NCBI GenBank assembly: GCA_013239625.1 | Contig: MU054391.1 | Location: 4,421,824-4,483,823 of the forward strand | Reading direction: 5' to 3' | Length of the DNA stretch: 62,000 nt | From: Lama guanicoe | Lineage: Eukaryota | In this document: positions 36,340-51,530 of the stretch, piece by piece | Position numbering within the stretch: position 1 is the first letter of the stretch | Layout: each line of letters opens with the position of its first letter | Translations under genes and position numbers: made by a program | The notes under the pieces: generated by a model | The model's input: the letters and a program-made list of their open reading frames with translations, nothing else | Told to the model about the DNA's origin: nothing | Databases searched by the model: none

Positions 36340-36480
36340 CCGCATGCTTAGCCTTAGAGGTACCCCAGAGATCATCTAATTCGTCTCATCCTTTTACAGC
36401 TCAGGAGACAGAGGCACAGAGAGGTGAAGTGACCTCCCCGAGATCACCCAGCATCCTAGGAGCTGAGCAGGGATAAAGGT
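36340..36480 (-). mobile_element. MIR
   Basis: TTTTACAGCTCAGGAGACAGAGGCACAGAGAGGTGAAGTGACCTCCCCGAGATCAC. Confidence 0.85.
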
Positions 36481-39123
36481 CTCTCCCTCCACCACCAGCT
36501 TTCTTTCTCAAATACCATCCTTCCTACCCTGTCCTTGGTCAAGCAATGAAAAATCTAAAAAAAAAAAAAAAAACAAAAACAAAAAAAACAAAAAACAGCA
36601 GAGCTGCTAAGGTTATGCTCAAACTGTGAAGTCCTCTGACTCTGTCCAGGGGCGTCAGTGACCATAGAAGAGGTTTGAAAGCAAAACAGGACACACAAAT
36701 CTCTGTGCTCAGAAGTAATCCTTTCCCTCCGAGAATCAGTCAGCGTTGTAAAGTGTCACATAAATGCCGCGTTATTGCAGAAGGATCGTGTGGCAAGTGC
36801 TGTCTGAGCATGTAAATGAGGGATGCTCATAGCCCAGAGACCGCTGGCCACTCCACAAGACACGCAAGAGAAAAAGAAGTTCCAAGTTGCAGTGTGTTGT
36901 TAGAGGGTTGCAGCTCTCAGTTCACCCAGAGCCTCCACTCGCCCCGCCAGCAGGACCCGCATGCAGGCCCGTCAGCTCAACCCCTGAGCTTTTCCCTTTA
37001 TCTGCTTGTATTAGCTGAAATTTTATGTCACTTCACATAATTTAAGGAAATAGGCAAGAAATGCATAAATGGATGATAAATAGGCAAACAAAGGTGATAA
37101 AAATAGATGGTATATCAAAATATTAGAGAAACAATTTTGGCTGGTTTCCTCTGGGGACAGGCTATGTCCTGCCTCGTGGTTCCTGAGCTGCCATTTCCAC
37201 CTGGGCCCTGGAGCATTCCTGGGCTGCAGGTGACAGACTGGGAGCCAGGCTTCCCAGCAGACGGCAGATGATGGCAGAAAGGAAGATGCAATGGGAGGCC
37301 CTGACTCCCTTCGGCGTCTTCCTTTACAGCTGCCAGCGAACAGGAGAAGGACGACAATGGGGACTCCTCGCCTGTGTGTCCAGCTGCTCTGTCCAGACAC
37401 TGGTCAAATATCGATGAACCACGGCAAACATCTCAAACAGCAGCCGCCCTGAGGAAGGAAGACAGCCCCGGGCAGAAGCCAGGAGAGGTCTGGCTACCAA
37501 AGAGGGATTGCAAGCCATCGCTCGAAGGAGACTGGCCTTTGGTTGGAAGGAAGCCAGGGAAATGGTACAGCAACCTAGAGGGAATGGGTGGCGGGAGAAA
37601 AAAACTTACATTTCATTTAATGAGGGACATGACATTTATGCCCTCAGACAAAAGAAACAAATTAAGAATGGATGGTAAAGTATGGCCAGAAAAAGTTCAC
37701 TTGTGAGCAATTGGTATTTTCTCTTGTGAACAGTGTGAAGCTTCAACTTTCCCTTTTTACTTTGGCTCACAGGAAGCCCATGTTTTAACTTGCAATGCAA
37801 CTTCACTAAGTGAATAGGACTTTACGGCATAAATCTCATGACTAACTTTCCCTCTGGTTTCATCATACCATTTTGCCTACTTTTTTCATCACATTGACCT
37901 TTAAGAATCTTTTTACTGTATCAGAATCTTGCAAGCCACACAAATTTTGGTTTTTGGAATAAAGCAGGGCAGAAATGCATACCTGGAGGGCGGCAACACT
38001 TGAAAATAGAAGAGCAACAGCCGGTGATGTAAATGGTATAAGTGAGACTGGAACCCAAACATGGGGCGTGGGAAGGGCCACAGTGCAGGGCACTAGGCAC
38101 CTCCGTTCTGACTGGGTGACCACGTATGTGGTGGTAATGTTGCATGGAAGATCCCACCTCCCTTGAATCCAGCTTCACCAAGTGTGAAAATGGGAGGGTT
38201 TATGTAGAACGTTGATAAGATCTCTACCAAATGGAAAAATGAACAATTTGAAGTTTGTACAGCCCGTGTGCGCCAACCTGGGAAGGGGGCTGGAGTCAGG
38301 ACAAGAGTTGATGGCCAGAGAGAGCCACCCTCCAGTGGAAATGCTGCTTGAGAAATGAGGCATCAGAGACCCACTGAAGAGTAAATAGGGGTTTCAAGGA
38401 CTTTATCATTCAAATGAGGTAAGAGTTGGCTTGGAAACTGGCAACTGACAAGCAGAGAGAGACAAAATTTGAGCTTCCCGTTTCACTGTGCTCAAAAGAC
38501 CTGTTGGAGAAGAAGCAGGACTCACCCGGGCAGGACAAAAAGCCGGCTAATGGCCTGCTGTTGAAACCCCAGGGTTTGGGAGACGCAGAGCTGGGAGAGG
38601 AGCCACCGTCCTGATGGCTCTTGCACAGAACGGCGACCCTCTGAGAAGTCCCAGGAAGCCCAGGGCAGCCAGCACACGTCCTGAAACCCACAACGTGATT
38701 ACAGCGTTGGGAGCGCAGCTCAGAATGATGTCCAGCGGCGGGTGAGCCTGCGCCAGAGGGAACGGGATGCGCAATCATGTCCCGTTTGGGCAATCCTAAA
38801 GTAAGCTGCACAAACAGCGCCCCCCCTTGGTGACGGGGAGCAATCCTGTGTTCAGTACTTTCTAAAAACACGGTCAGGTCAATGGAGTGCAGGGCTGGGA
38901 AGAGCCGGAACACAGACAGAGAGGCCAGCGTCGCATCAGGGCTCTCCCTGGACACGCCAGTGAGCCTCTCCCGCTCTTAACACATTGGGCAAAGTAAAAT
39001 GAATTAAACCTGACCCCACCTCCACTTTAGCCCAAGATGTCTGAGATTTCTGCAGATAAGCTTAAGGCCAAATAGCGATCAGTACTTCTAACCTCAGAAT
39101 CAACAGCTACTTTGTCCAGAAAC

Positions 39124-39139
39124 TGTGTGTGTGTGTGCT

Positions 39140-39171
<32 letters not shown>
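39124..39171. repeat. (GT)n(GA)n compound microsatellite
   Basis: Directly visible. Confidence 0.95.
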
Positions 39172-42100
39172 TCCGTGCCCTGGATTGTTGTGTGCTGACC
39201 CTCAGAACCACATACCTCTTGTCCAACCTAAGATCATCTTATCCTGGAAGTGGACGACCCACCCGTTTCCCCTGTGGCCCATAGAGGGATCTGAGAGAAG
39301 AGACAGGGCCTGTGTGTTGGGACACATAGAATTTCAGAAGGACAGTGTCCCTTGATGATGTTTGAAGACATGAGAACAGGGACATGGGATGAGAAAGAGC
39401 AGAGTTGAAGCCCCAACAGTTCGGAGCAGCATGGCCCCAGGAGGTGTGTGGCTCCCTCTGGGCCTACGCTCCGTGGTTAGTAAGAGGCGGCGTGGACACG
39501 GTCTATAGGAGTCGTGTAGCCTGAGTGACGGGCCCGTGGGGCACCTGATGCTCACAGGGTGTCTAGGGCACGCTCGTTCCTGGGCTGCCCCTTCCCTGCC
39601 CAGAGGCCCTCGTGCTGCCTCCAGGAAGGGTGGGCCCCCAGGCCCTCAGGTGCCCAGACATCCTCTGACATGTCTCTCTGCCTCCACTGTGTCTTCCTCT
39701 GAGACTTCCAACCTGCCAGGCCCGCCCAGGCTCCTCAGGCAGTCAGTCTGTGCAGAACACATGGCGGAGCGAGGCCGAGGGCCGGGAGGTTGAGGAGGGG
39801 CAGTGCTGGGGCCGGGAGGCGGGGTGCGAGCTTGTCGCTGCTCAGCAAGCAGCCCTCTTCCAGGCATGGAAATGCTCCTTAGCACTAAAGAGTGCTTGGA
39901 AAACAGTGAATCAGAGGTTAGTAATGGCAGTCTCCCCACCAAAGAGCTCACGGCTGTGAGAACGTCTTAAGTCAGCGGGACACCGAGCCCAGGGCAGTCC
40001 TGCCCAGCGGCGGGTCATGGAGGCAGAAAGGCTTGATGTTTTGGATGCTCCTTTAGGGCCAGGCCTGGCTTATTGTCCCTCGAGGGGTGGTGTCAGGGAA
40101 ACTGTCGGTGAGACAAGAGGGTCAGGCCCTCCTGAACCTCCAGGGAGTGGGGTGCACAGCTAAGGTGCAGAGTGGAAGGATGCGATGGCTCAGCAGGGTC
40201 CTGTGGCCCAAGTCTGCCCCTCTGTGTAGGGGGCCTGGGGAGACGGCATCACTGGAGGCTCTCAGCCCCGAGCCTGGCCCATTTCCCTTTGTCCCCCCAG
40301 CTCCCTTGTCACCCCAGGGGCTCTCGTGAGCATGTGTGTGGACCGCCCAGCCTCCTGCCGAGGGGTGGGCCTCCAGCAGCCATGGAGTGGTCTGCCCTCA
40401 GGACAAGTCTGTGCAGACCCTTGAAGGGGATGCACAGGCTGTTTGGTTAGGGAACGCCGAGTACTCAGAGAGTTGTCTAGAAGGAGCAGCCAGAGGGGTT
40501 CCAAGTGGGCCCAGGCTCCTGGTGCCAGATGGGTTGCCTTGCCCTGTGGGGAGGGACACAGCCAGGGAGCGGGGTTCCCTAAAATTCAGGGCCCAGACAG
40601 GGGGGCCCCCCTTCCTTGGGTCAGTGCTGTTCAACAGGGCAGCAGCGGGGACCAAGAGAGAAAGCAAAGAAGTGAAATAGAAGATGAAGGGACGAGGAGG
40701 TGCGTGGAGGGACCGGCAGAGGCTGTCTGGAGGGATTCTGAGGGGGGATGGAGGCCGTGGTGATGCCGGTGAATTTGTGTCCCTTCCTGTAATCAGACAA
40801 GATGCTGTGACTCGGCAGCCGTCTGGTGCTCTGCTGAGCGAGGACCGGGACACAAGCCGGCCATCGCAGCTCTGCGCTCCCGGGCTCCCGGTTCAGGGGG
40901 AGATTTGGGACGGAATTCCTGGACGCGACAACAGGGCTGCCTGGGGCAAGCCCGTCAGACTCCATGAGCTCCACACAAGCATGCGGTCTGCAGTGAGGAA
41001 AGCTATTTTTTTTTCCCCTTACAAATGGAATGTTTCTGTATTTCTTCTAAATGCCTGTGATTTTAAAGTCTGGGAACCAGTTTAAAATCAAGCATAGAAC
41101 TGAATATTAGAAACATCTGTGACCCAGGGCACCTCGGCTGCTCACCCCACAGCCCAGCTGAAGGACCTCCAGCGCGGCTCCTGAGGAAGCCAGCGCGCCA
41201 GGGAGGTGAGGCTGGTTCCGTCTTGGGTTTGCAAGTATGTGCTTCACAAGGGCTTTCTCGCCCCCAGACAGCTCTAGAAGGGCAGAGTAAGTGAAAGACG
41301 TGTTTTGCAGCAAAGGTTCTACTTTCTACAACATTTGGGAGGTTTGACTGTTTCCTGCTAAGTTCGAGGTAGGTTGCATCCACCAGAGCGTGGTGTGCAG
41401 GGTGTGAGTGGCCTGGGAAAGGAATTTAGCAAGTTCCCGGTGCCCAGCAAAGATAAAGCATTCACAGATTGTGGTCTGAGAGCTCTTGGAATCAGTGTCG
41501 CTGACAGTCACAGGCTATTTATCAAAACTGGCTGGAAATCTTTTCTTTGGCCGTATTTTCTTTCCCATCCCCTGCAGCCGTAAGCAGATAGTGGTTAAGA
41601 CAGAATGGTCCACGCACATAATCCTGGGTTCGTAAAGCTTTTGGCAAAAGTCAAAGCAAAGAAATAAAATGAACAAGTCTATAAGAAATGTGTCCCCACT
41701 GACAATTTTTCATAGCCTTTTGATTATTTTTTTAAAGGTTATTCTCCTTGAGTTACCCTAGTTTTGAATTTACATAGTTTTGAATCCAGTGGAGAAGGAT
41801 TTTTAAATAGAAATATGTAAATATACATACCCCAATGTGTGAAGGACCCCGTGTTCCTTAATTAAACTGTCCATGCCAGCAAATACTGGCAGCTTCCATG
41901 GGACGGGCGCCGTGTAGGGTGGGAAGGCAGCTCTCCTCACCAGACCTGAGAGGGCACGGTTTCGAGGAAAGATAATGGACTTGGAATTGAACAGTCTTTG
42001 TGGCTGGGATGCATGACTCAGGCTTGCTAAGCTTTGGTTTTCTGGATGCAGTAACCCAACAGCTAACATGGAGTGTGGCTGGTACAGTTCCAGATCCTTC

Positions 42101-44899
42101 CATGAAGGCGGGAGTTAGCGTGGCCACCATTGTTTTCTTGGTTCTTTCGCAGATTCCTGTGTAGCTCCCCTTCTTCTGTTAAGGTTGTAAAGCGTGATCA
42201 GCAGCTTCAGGGGATCATCAAGTAGTGAGCTCTGTCGGAGTCTGCCATGTTTTCCTTATTACGAGCTAAGCTTTAGCTGTAGGATTTTAGAAACAAAAAC
42301 GTCACATTAGCCCTTTCCTCAAGAGATCTAAAAGTACATATTTCTGGGTTTTGTATGTCTTTTTGTTTCAACCTCAAACAAAACAAAATTAAAGTTTTTT
42401 GATGAGCAGAGAAGGAGCAGAGCGACCAGCCAATACGAAGTGGAAACCACCTCTGGGTGAGAGTCTGAAGTCCTGACCAGGGCATTGGCGGCTCTGGGAG
42501 CAGAAAATACATGGGCAGATCTGGAGATGACAGAGGATGAAGGATCATTTGTGTTTGCCACACGTTATGAGCAGAAAAGAGGAAGCGTGTGGAAGGGCCT
42601 CAAAGGTGAGAACGTGGGTCTACAGCAGGGGAAACTTAGAGGGGAAGGGAGGACTCCCTCAGGCAAGAAAATATTTTTGGCTTTTGAAACTAACTTTCAA
42701 GATGGAGTGTCCTGTTCCTCATTCTTCTGAAACACCTCCCCCCAGAGTACTTCCCATGGCTCAGGATATGCAAGATTCAGACATTAGACCAGGGTCCTGG
42801 TCCACAGGGACAAAGTAACGGCACCCAGTTCGCCCAGAGCCCCAAGTCTAACTGCCGGTTAACACTTTCCAGGCTGTCAGTTTAGTTCTCACACCACTGG
42901 AAGGACCCCACTGGTGGCCCTGGGCATCTGACTGTGCTTAACTGGGGCCACGGAGCAGGCTACAGAGTTGTGCCTCCGGGACCAGGAGCATCTCCTGAGA
43001 CTCATGTGAGGGTGTCAGGGGGTCTGCAGAGGTGTCCTCTCCCCTGTCGATTTGTGTGTCTCCAAATCAGCAGGAATACGACACAAGAAACAGACTGACC
43101 CACACGGTAGGTTCAGACCAGGGCCCACTGACTATGGAGTCGACAGCACAGCTGGTGACGCTGATGTTGAAAGATACGCCTTTTAACCACTCTGCCTTTT
43201 ATACCCTCATTCAGGTTTTTGCTTTACCTTCCGTTCATTCATTCATTCACTCAATCATTCGACAGACGTGTGTCATTCTGACCTAGTAACGGTGATAGTG
43301 TTTAGGTTCACAGAGATGATTAAGACTGGTGATAGTCCAGTGGAAGGACCACCATGGAGACAACAAGTGGATTCAAGGGAATTCAAGAGGATTCGAGGGG
43401 AAGCCAATGAAGAAACAGTAATTCCATGACAGGGCTCAGAAAACGCTTTGTAGAGATTATGACCATCAGACCAAATCTCAAAACACAAGGTTGTTCTCGC
43501 CAGAGCATCTAAAGGAAAGAGAACATGGGGCCAGAAGGACAGGAGTTCTAAGCATACAAATTAGGATTAAGAGAAGCATGACCTGGGAGCCCACACAGAC
43601 AGCGTGGTGCGTTGACCGGATGAGGCGCCATTCTGCATGCCCGTCCATCAGAGCGACAGGGGTGCCCACCCACCACTTCTAGACCGAGGAGTGCTACTCA
43701 CAGTGGCAAAGTAGCCACAGTTTCCATGAATTAATGGAAAGGAATGCTTCTGTCCTGTTGCTGGATAATTGACCTCTTCATATTTTTGATCATACTCATC
43801 TGATAATTTCAGTGCAACAAACTACACAAAATAACTATAGATGACCCCACCCCTCCCCAACTCTTACCTCGAGCTCATCTTTTTCTGTATGTGTGGTCTT
43901 CTTTTTTTAAATGGTTTCCCTTTAGAAGGGGAATGCATTTCATCTTGCTCAAAACACTACGTCTTTATTATTTCAGTATCTTCTGGTTGTCTGTGGTGAC
44001 ATTAATGGAGCATTTTAAAATGCCAGTATGTTTTAATAACATAGTATATCTTTGGCTCTTGCAAAAACATCACATTATTCAATGTATGCAAGAGCAAAAA
44101 GATATGCCTCATATAATTTGTGTGTCCTTGTGGTGTGCTATTAATGTGTGCACTTTATAAGGGTATAATTCTGGAAGCAATTTTCCATAAAATTGTTATA
44201 AGTGTTATCCTATAAATTTGAGATAATTTGGCACAATACTCATTTAACCAAATTACCACAGTAATAACATCTCTTCACTTGTAAATACCAGTCCAAACTG
44301 ACATTACCCAATTTTGGTAAGACTTCAAGCCTTCCAGATTTACCCCGATATTGCTGCAGAATTTAGGATGATAAGTTCTGTTGAATTCCTATAGGTAGCC
44401 CATCTTTACTGCCCTAGATCGAAATGCACAAGCCGACAGTACCCACCCCAAACTGACACTTTCTTGTAACATTTGATTCTGAGAAGCCATCATGGTGGGG
44501 GGACACATTAAAGTGAATCCTGGATTGGCATTAAGGTAACTTAGAATCGTGTGCCGGCTTGGCCTTTGGGTGGCAGTTTTGTGGCTTTGGACAAGGTCTG
44601 CAATGTCAATAATCTTCAGTCTCTTCATTGATTATATGAAGATTAGGGGATTGGATCGGATGGCAGAGGTTCCTTGGCGCTAAAATCAATTTTCCCTGAT
44701 CTACGTTAGTACTTAATCATGTTATCTTGTCTTGCCTGTTTTTAAGGTCTGTCTGTCTCATCTTTGCAAATATATTGTAAAGTCATCCAAGCCATAGCAG
44801 GATCACGGATGCATTCAGTTTGTGAAGGGTTTAGACAGCCTTCTGTGGTGATGGAAGGAGGGTCCTGCGGCCTGTGCTCAGGTCCGGTCTCCATCACCT

Positions 44900-45115
44900 A
44901 CCGGTGCCACGTCCTTGAGGCCTTCACTTCTCTTCTGTGCAGGGTGCTTGGGGTATGTCATCCGATCTCTCCAAGCAGGAACTCCAGTTTCTCCATCTGT
45001 AAAGAGGGAATAATGACACCATCCTCCTAAGCAGGGAGTGAAGAGGACCCAGGAGGGAGAGCCAGTAAGGGCTTCGGCACAGTGCCTGCTCATAGGACAT
45101 TTCAAGAAATGTAAC
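44900..45115 (+). mobile_element. MIR
   Basis: CAGTTTCTCCATCTGTAAAGAGGGAATAATGACA..GGCACAGTGCCTG. Confidence 0.75.
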
Positions 45116-47734
45116 TCATAACCAGACACAGAACATCCTGGGGAAGGACAGACCTTAAGGAAAACTCCACTCTCTCCTCCCAAAGCCAGCCCAGAAGAGA
45201 GGGCAGGAGAAGCATTCCCTGTGCAGCTAGATACCGTGAATGAAGCCTCTCTCCTCATCCCCATCACCACTCAGTAGACACACTGGACAAATAGTTCTTG
45301 AATTCAATTGAAACCAAATTCTGATTTTATTGAAAGGATATACAGTGAAAATAGATGAGGGAGATGAAGCCATCATTATACCCAGTGATGCCCTGTGCTC
45401 AGGGACGGCAGAATCGTGCCATGGATTTATGAACAATCACAAAGCCACCTAGAAGCGGCGAATGCAAGCCCCTGTGGAGGAGGAGGGTTAGAACAAAGTG
45501 GCGGGCAGGTGGGGAGGCTGGCAGAGCGTCCAGAGACCTTGCTGCCAGGCTGGGGACATGAATGGCCCCGGTGTTTAGGAACAAAGGCGCTAATGTGCTC
45601 ATTCTCTTTGTGATTCTGAGTGTAAACGCCCCGGTCCCCGGAGGCCACCGGCACGACAGACGATGATGAACGGGCCAACTGGTCTCCCTGGCCCAGGCCG
45701 CGCTGACACCTGGCCAGCATCTCTAAACAATGAGTGGGGTCTGGGGCTAAAGCATACTTTGCTAGGCTGTGCCCATTACCAGCAAATCGTGGCCTGTCGT
45801 GGTGGGGCAGGACACCAGCGTTCTACCCTCCGTGGCTACATTTTTCCGAGCATTGAATCTTACCTTGACAGGAAGCCCTCTCCCCTCTCCTTCGACCCAG
45901 CCGTTTCATCATGTGCTCAGTAACTGCTGTCCGACTGCCAGCCACGCCGGGGGACAGAGTGGCAAGAAGTCGCAGTCCTGCCTCCTGGGGGCTCCAGTCT
46001 GCCAGGCCAGCAGGCTTCACCTCTCGTCCCTCGGCACCCCCTCCTGAATCCACAGTTCCTTTCCTATTCCCGGTGACTCAGAAGCAGGAGGGGCCACCTA
46101 CCCAGCCTCTCCTGGAAAGAACAAAATAGAAACCAAGGGTGTCCTCCATAAAAAAAACCGGGTTCTCCAGAGAGGCCGGCCATCAAGCAGTCACCGAAAA
46201 TATCTGACTTTCGCCACCACCAGGCACCTGAGAAAAGGGCAAAATGGGGCCAATTACTAGGCCAGTGGCACAGCCTAGACTCTTATGTGCCAACACAAAC
46301 CTGCTCTTATTGGCCGGTCAGCAGTCTCTCTCTGGGGGTCTGAGCCCCATCTGTCCTCGCGCAGCCTTGGGGCCACCCGGGCAGCTTCTTTTTTTAACAA
46401 AGAACTTGAATTTGGTTCCCAAAAAGAGGGCTGTGGAGTCGCTGACTCTCAGCTCCCTGGATGTTTCTTACTCTCGCATAAACTTCGGGTGGAGTGCTTC
46501 CAACCTCTGGGCTGAGGTTAGCAAACGCTTAGTAGGACCCCACTTTTCATCCTGCTCTGCAGTTGGCCTTTCAGGACCAAGAGGGAATGTTAAGACAGGA
46601 CTTCTGCTCTGAGGAAATTAGCATCTGTGAGAACAAAACAAAAATAAAATAAAAGAGAGCAAAGAGCTCAGTTCAGGATGCATTTGTGGCTCACACGTGT
46701 GTCCCAGGCATGAGCACAGTCTGAGGGCAGCTGGTGGGCAATGGGGTGAGCCTGGCATGGCCAGAGGCAGGCAGAAGGGAGAAGATGGACTTCTTAATGT
46801 GGAGCACATGTATTCTTACCCCGAAAGCTCTGTGGGGAACCCCAGAGGGGTCTCTGCACTCAGAAGCAGAAGAAAAGTTAGAGCTGACCCAAACCTGGGC
46901 TCCCACCACGAAACCACAGAGACTCCAGAGCGTTTCAGAGAGGAACCTGTCCGTTCCACCTCAGCAGAAGGCAGAGGGGTGCTTGGTTCATGTGGCTAGG
47001 GAAATCGCAGAGCTTCTCTAAACGTTTGCAAACCCCCACTCAATTCTTGCCACTCGTGGTGGTAATGTCGCAGGAATGCTGAGAAGTCACACACAAACGC
47101 AACACTTACGACCGCTTAGAGACCAGTCACGCCGAGCCGGGAAACGTGGCAATGCATCTGTGTATAGCTGACGGTGGCCCAACAGCCAGATTCCCCATGC
47201 GCCTTGGAAAGAATTCTCCCCACCCGTGATGCCAGTCAACTAGCCAGGGCTGTCTTGGGTGTCAAGGGGTTCAGGCCATGTTTATGGCAGTCAAGACTCA
47301 GAACTTAAGATCCTCAGAGGCTTGTCAAATTCTTAAAGACTTAGCTATGCTTTCAGCTAAGGGCATATACTGTGTCTTCAGACTGGTGCAGAGAGCTTCA
47401 GCGCTGGATTTTAAAAATACGATTCAAACCCGTATCGAGCATATAGAGTACACCAGACACTCTGTAAGACTCAGGAATACAAAGTGTATCTCCTGCTCTT
47501 AATGAGGACCTAGCTGGACAAGAAAGACATAAACAAATGAGTCCAAGGGGTGTGAAAAGTACTGTAAAAGAATTACACTAAGCAGGCTAAATGTGTTACA
47601 GACACTGCTTTTATTACTCGGAGTGCAATTCTGGGGCAGAATGAGACTACAGACCTATGAAGCTTTCATGGAACTGTCTGACCACAATTTTCTCCTTGAT
47701 TGTAAAATCATAATATGCTTGTATAGAACACAGG

Positions 47735-48215
47735 TTTTTGTTAATTGAAGTATACTTAATTTATAATGCTTCAGGTGTATAACAAAGTGATTCATTTCTA
47801 GATGCACATATGTATATCTTCTCTTTCAGATCCTTTTCCATGATAGGTTATTACAAGATATTGAATACAGTTCCCTGTGCTAGAGAGGAGGTCCTTGTTG
47901 TTTGTTTTATATACAGTAGTTTGTATCTGTTAATTCCAAATTCCTAATTTATCCCTCCTCTCCTTTCCCCTTTGGTAACCATAAGTATGTTTTCTATGTC
48001 TGTGAGTCTATTTATTTCTCTTTTGTAAATAAGTTCATTTGTATCATTTCTTTTAGATTCCACATATAAGTGATATCATACAATATTTATCTTTCTCTAT
48101 CTGACTTGCTTCACTTAGTATGATCATCTCTAGGCCCATCCATGTTGCTGAAAATGGCATTATTTCATTCTTTTCATTCTTTTTCATGTCTGAATAATAC
48201 TCCATTATATATATA
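47735..48215 (-). mobile_element. Lineage-specific L1 3' end
   Basis: AATTGAAGTATA..CAGTTCCCTGTGCTA..TTTGGTAACCATAAG..CATCCATGTTGCTGAAAATGGCATTATTTCATTC; same family as the 17.3-kb copy. Confidence 0.92.
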
Positions 48216-48449
48216 TATACACATATATATGTATATCTTTTTTAATACAATGTCAACCACATTAAGTTTTATAATCCCCAAAGTAATCCCTTGTGTCTGT
48301 GGTCAGCCTCCTTTTAAGTAGGTTCAGAAAATGAAGTGACTACCCAAGCTAAGAAGTGTCCAAATAAAATAAAATAGAACCTTGGACCACAAGCCTAGTG
48401 CTTCTCTTACTATAACCATGGCTCTATCATAACTATAACTCCTCAATTT

Positions 48450-48632
48450 GTAATTCAATCTTATTGGTGATGATGTTAAATGTAAGTGGACTAAACCTGC
48501 TAATTAAAGGTGAAAATGGTCAGATTGGATTTTAATTTTAAAAAGATCCAACTATATTTAAGATCAAAATAGTGAGGGTACTGGGCCTACCACTTAGGAT
48601 GTAAACAAGATCATTGCTCCCATCCATAATAC
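48450..48632 (+). mobile_element. Ancient L1 fragment (start of ORF2)
   Basis: TTAAATGTAAGTGGACTAAAC..ATTAAAGG translates to LNVSGLN.LIK, similar to L1 EN motif LNVNGLNSPIK. Confidence 0.7.
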
Positions 48633-49658
<1,026 letters not shown>

Positions 49659-49699
49659 TCTGCAAGATCATAACACTGAACGAAGGTTTCAGTGCAACC

Positions 49700-50050
49700 A
49701 GCTAATTCAAAGCATAAGGAAAGATGGGAACTAGAGGAGAGACGGATGGAAAGACCTGCTTCCTGGAGCAGATGTTCCGTCGGATGTGCCGGTAAGAGGA
49801 ACTCAGCCACCACCCACTTTTTGACCCTTTCTGGTCAGCCTCAGAACTGCCATGGTGCCTGTGGGCCTGCCGCTCAGCATGGTATTGTATTACTGTCAGC
49901 CTATAGTGAGGTTTAAGGTCTAAGGGAAGCCAAATCTCCCTCCATCTTGAGCCTCAGGTTCTAGTGGGAGTTGAATTCTCCACTGTCTTGGTGCTAATTG
50001 CTGTGTCATTCCTTTAATGTTTGTGCCCTGCCCTCTTCCTTCCTGTCTCA
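49700..50050 (-). mobile_element. MER41-like ERV1 LTR (Cetartiodactyla type); left boundary uncertain
   Basis: Reverse strand starts TGAGACAGGAAGGAAGAGGGCAGGGCACAAACATTAAAGGAATGAC..CAAGATGG. Confidence 0.7.
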
Positions 50051-50555
50051 CTCTCACTCGATTAGAAAAAAAAAAAAAAAAAAAAAAGGGAGGGGGGCCT
50101 GTTTTGAACCAAGAATTCTATTAACATTTCCAACTGCCAAATGTTAGGAGTTCAATAATTAATCTATATTTTTAGGATAATTTCTTCACCGTGTTCCCTA
50201 TTTCTTTTTAGGCTTTTATTCCAAGCAAATCTTAATTTTCGGAAGCAGAATCTTTGTAATTATTTAATCATACGAATCAAGAATGTAAACTAGAGATGCC
50301 AGTCTCTTCTTTGGCTTCTGTGGGGCTGACTTGCTGATTCTCCGGTGTCATCTCACATGGAGCTTTGCTCAGCGTCCTGTAATTCCTCAAAAGTGCTGGT
50401 ATCTTCCCAGCCCAGAGCCATCACGTGAGTTCTTCTCTCAGGAACATTCCTGTCTTAAATCTTCATCTAACTGGCTCCTCTTCCATCATCTCTCAGACCA
50501 TCATTAAATGCTGCCTTCACGCCATCCAATTAAAGCTGTTCTATCTCCCAGCATT

Positions 50556-50920
50556 TGTATCCGTCCATTCAGTCACTATGACAGAATGCAGCCTGTTTCA
50601 GAAGGGCAGCTGAAACAACACGCATTTATTCCTCACAGTTCTGGAGGCTAGAAGTCCAAGATCAAGGTGCCGGCAGATTTCGTGTCTGGTGAGCCCTGCT
50701 TCCAGATTCATTGAGGACCGTCTTCTCGCTGTGTCCTCAGGTGATGGCATGGACAAGGGAGCCCTCTGGGCTCTCGTTCACACAGCAATAATCTTAGTCA
50801 CAAAGGCTCCATCCTCAACCCCCACATGTTCCAAAGTCCCCGCCTCCAAATTTTACCACAGTGGGGATTGGGGTTCAACACGTGAATTTGGGGGGAACAC
50901 AAACATTCAGTTGAGAGCAG
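50556..50920 (-). mobile_element. MLT1A/MST-like LTR, apparently inserted in an L2 remnant (~50330-51180)
   Basis: CATTTATTCCTCACAGTTCTGGAGGCTAGAAGTCCAAGATCAAGGTGCCGGCAGATT..GGGGGAACACAAACATTCAG. Confidence 0.88.
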
Positions 50921-51347
50921 CACACGATTCTTTTTGTTCATAGACTACATTTCAACTCAAAATGATACATTTGCTTTGTGTTTACTTGATGAATGTCTTT
51001 CCCAGTAGACTGAAAACTGTGAAGTCAAGTATCTTTTTTTTTCTTTTTTCTTTTTTTTTTTTTGGTACATTGGTTTTTCTTTTTGTTGTTTTGTTTTTAA
51101 ATCACGCAGTGCCTAATACATTGCCTACCACATAGGTGACAGGCAATCAAATCTTTCTGATACATTTATGAAATGAGTAGTTAAAAGGGAAAAGTTTCCA
51201 AATCATGAAACTCATTAAAAACAAAACAAAATAAAGGAAGAAGGAAGAGAAAGAGGGAATGAAGGAAAGGAGGATGGAGGTGGAGGCAGAGAAAAGGAAA
51301 CTGTGGACAGTGATGTATTCCATATGAGCCTTCATTCTCCTTCCATG

Positions 51348-51530
51348 GGTGGTTCTAAGCTTGGCTGCTGCCAGAGTGTCTGGAGAGCTTGACAATTTAC
51401 TGATGTCTGGGGTCCGCGCTCGGGGGTCCTCTTTTGGATGACCTTTGGTGTGGCCCAGACCCTGGGGACTCGTAGAAGCAGCTCAGGTGATTCTCAGCCA
51501 AGTCAGACCCACAGGCTGAAACCCCAGGGA
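51348..51530. mobile_element. MER5-like hAT element
   Basis: GTGGTTCTAAGCTTGGCTG..GGAGAGCTT..CAGGTGATTCT..GCTGAAACCCC. Confidence 0.55.
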
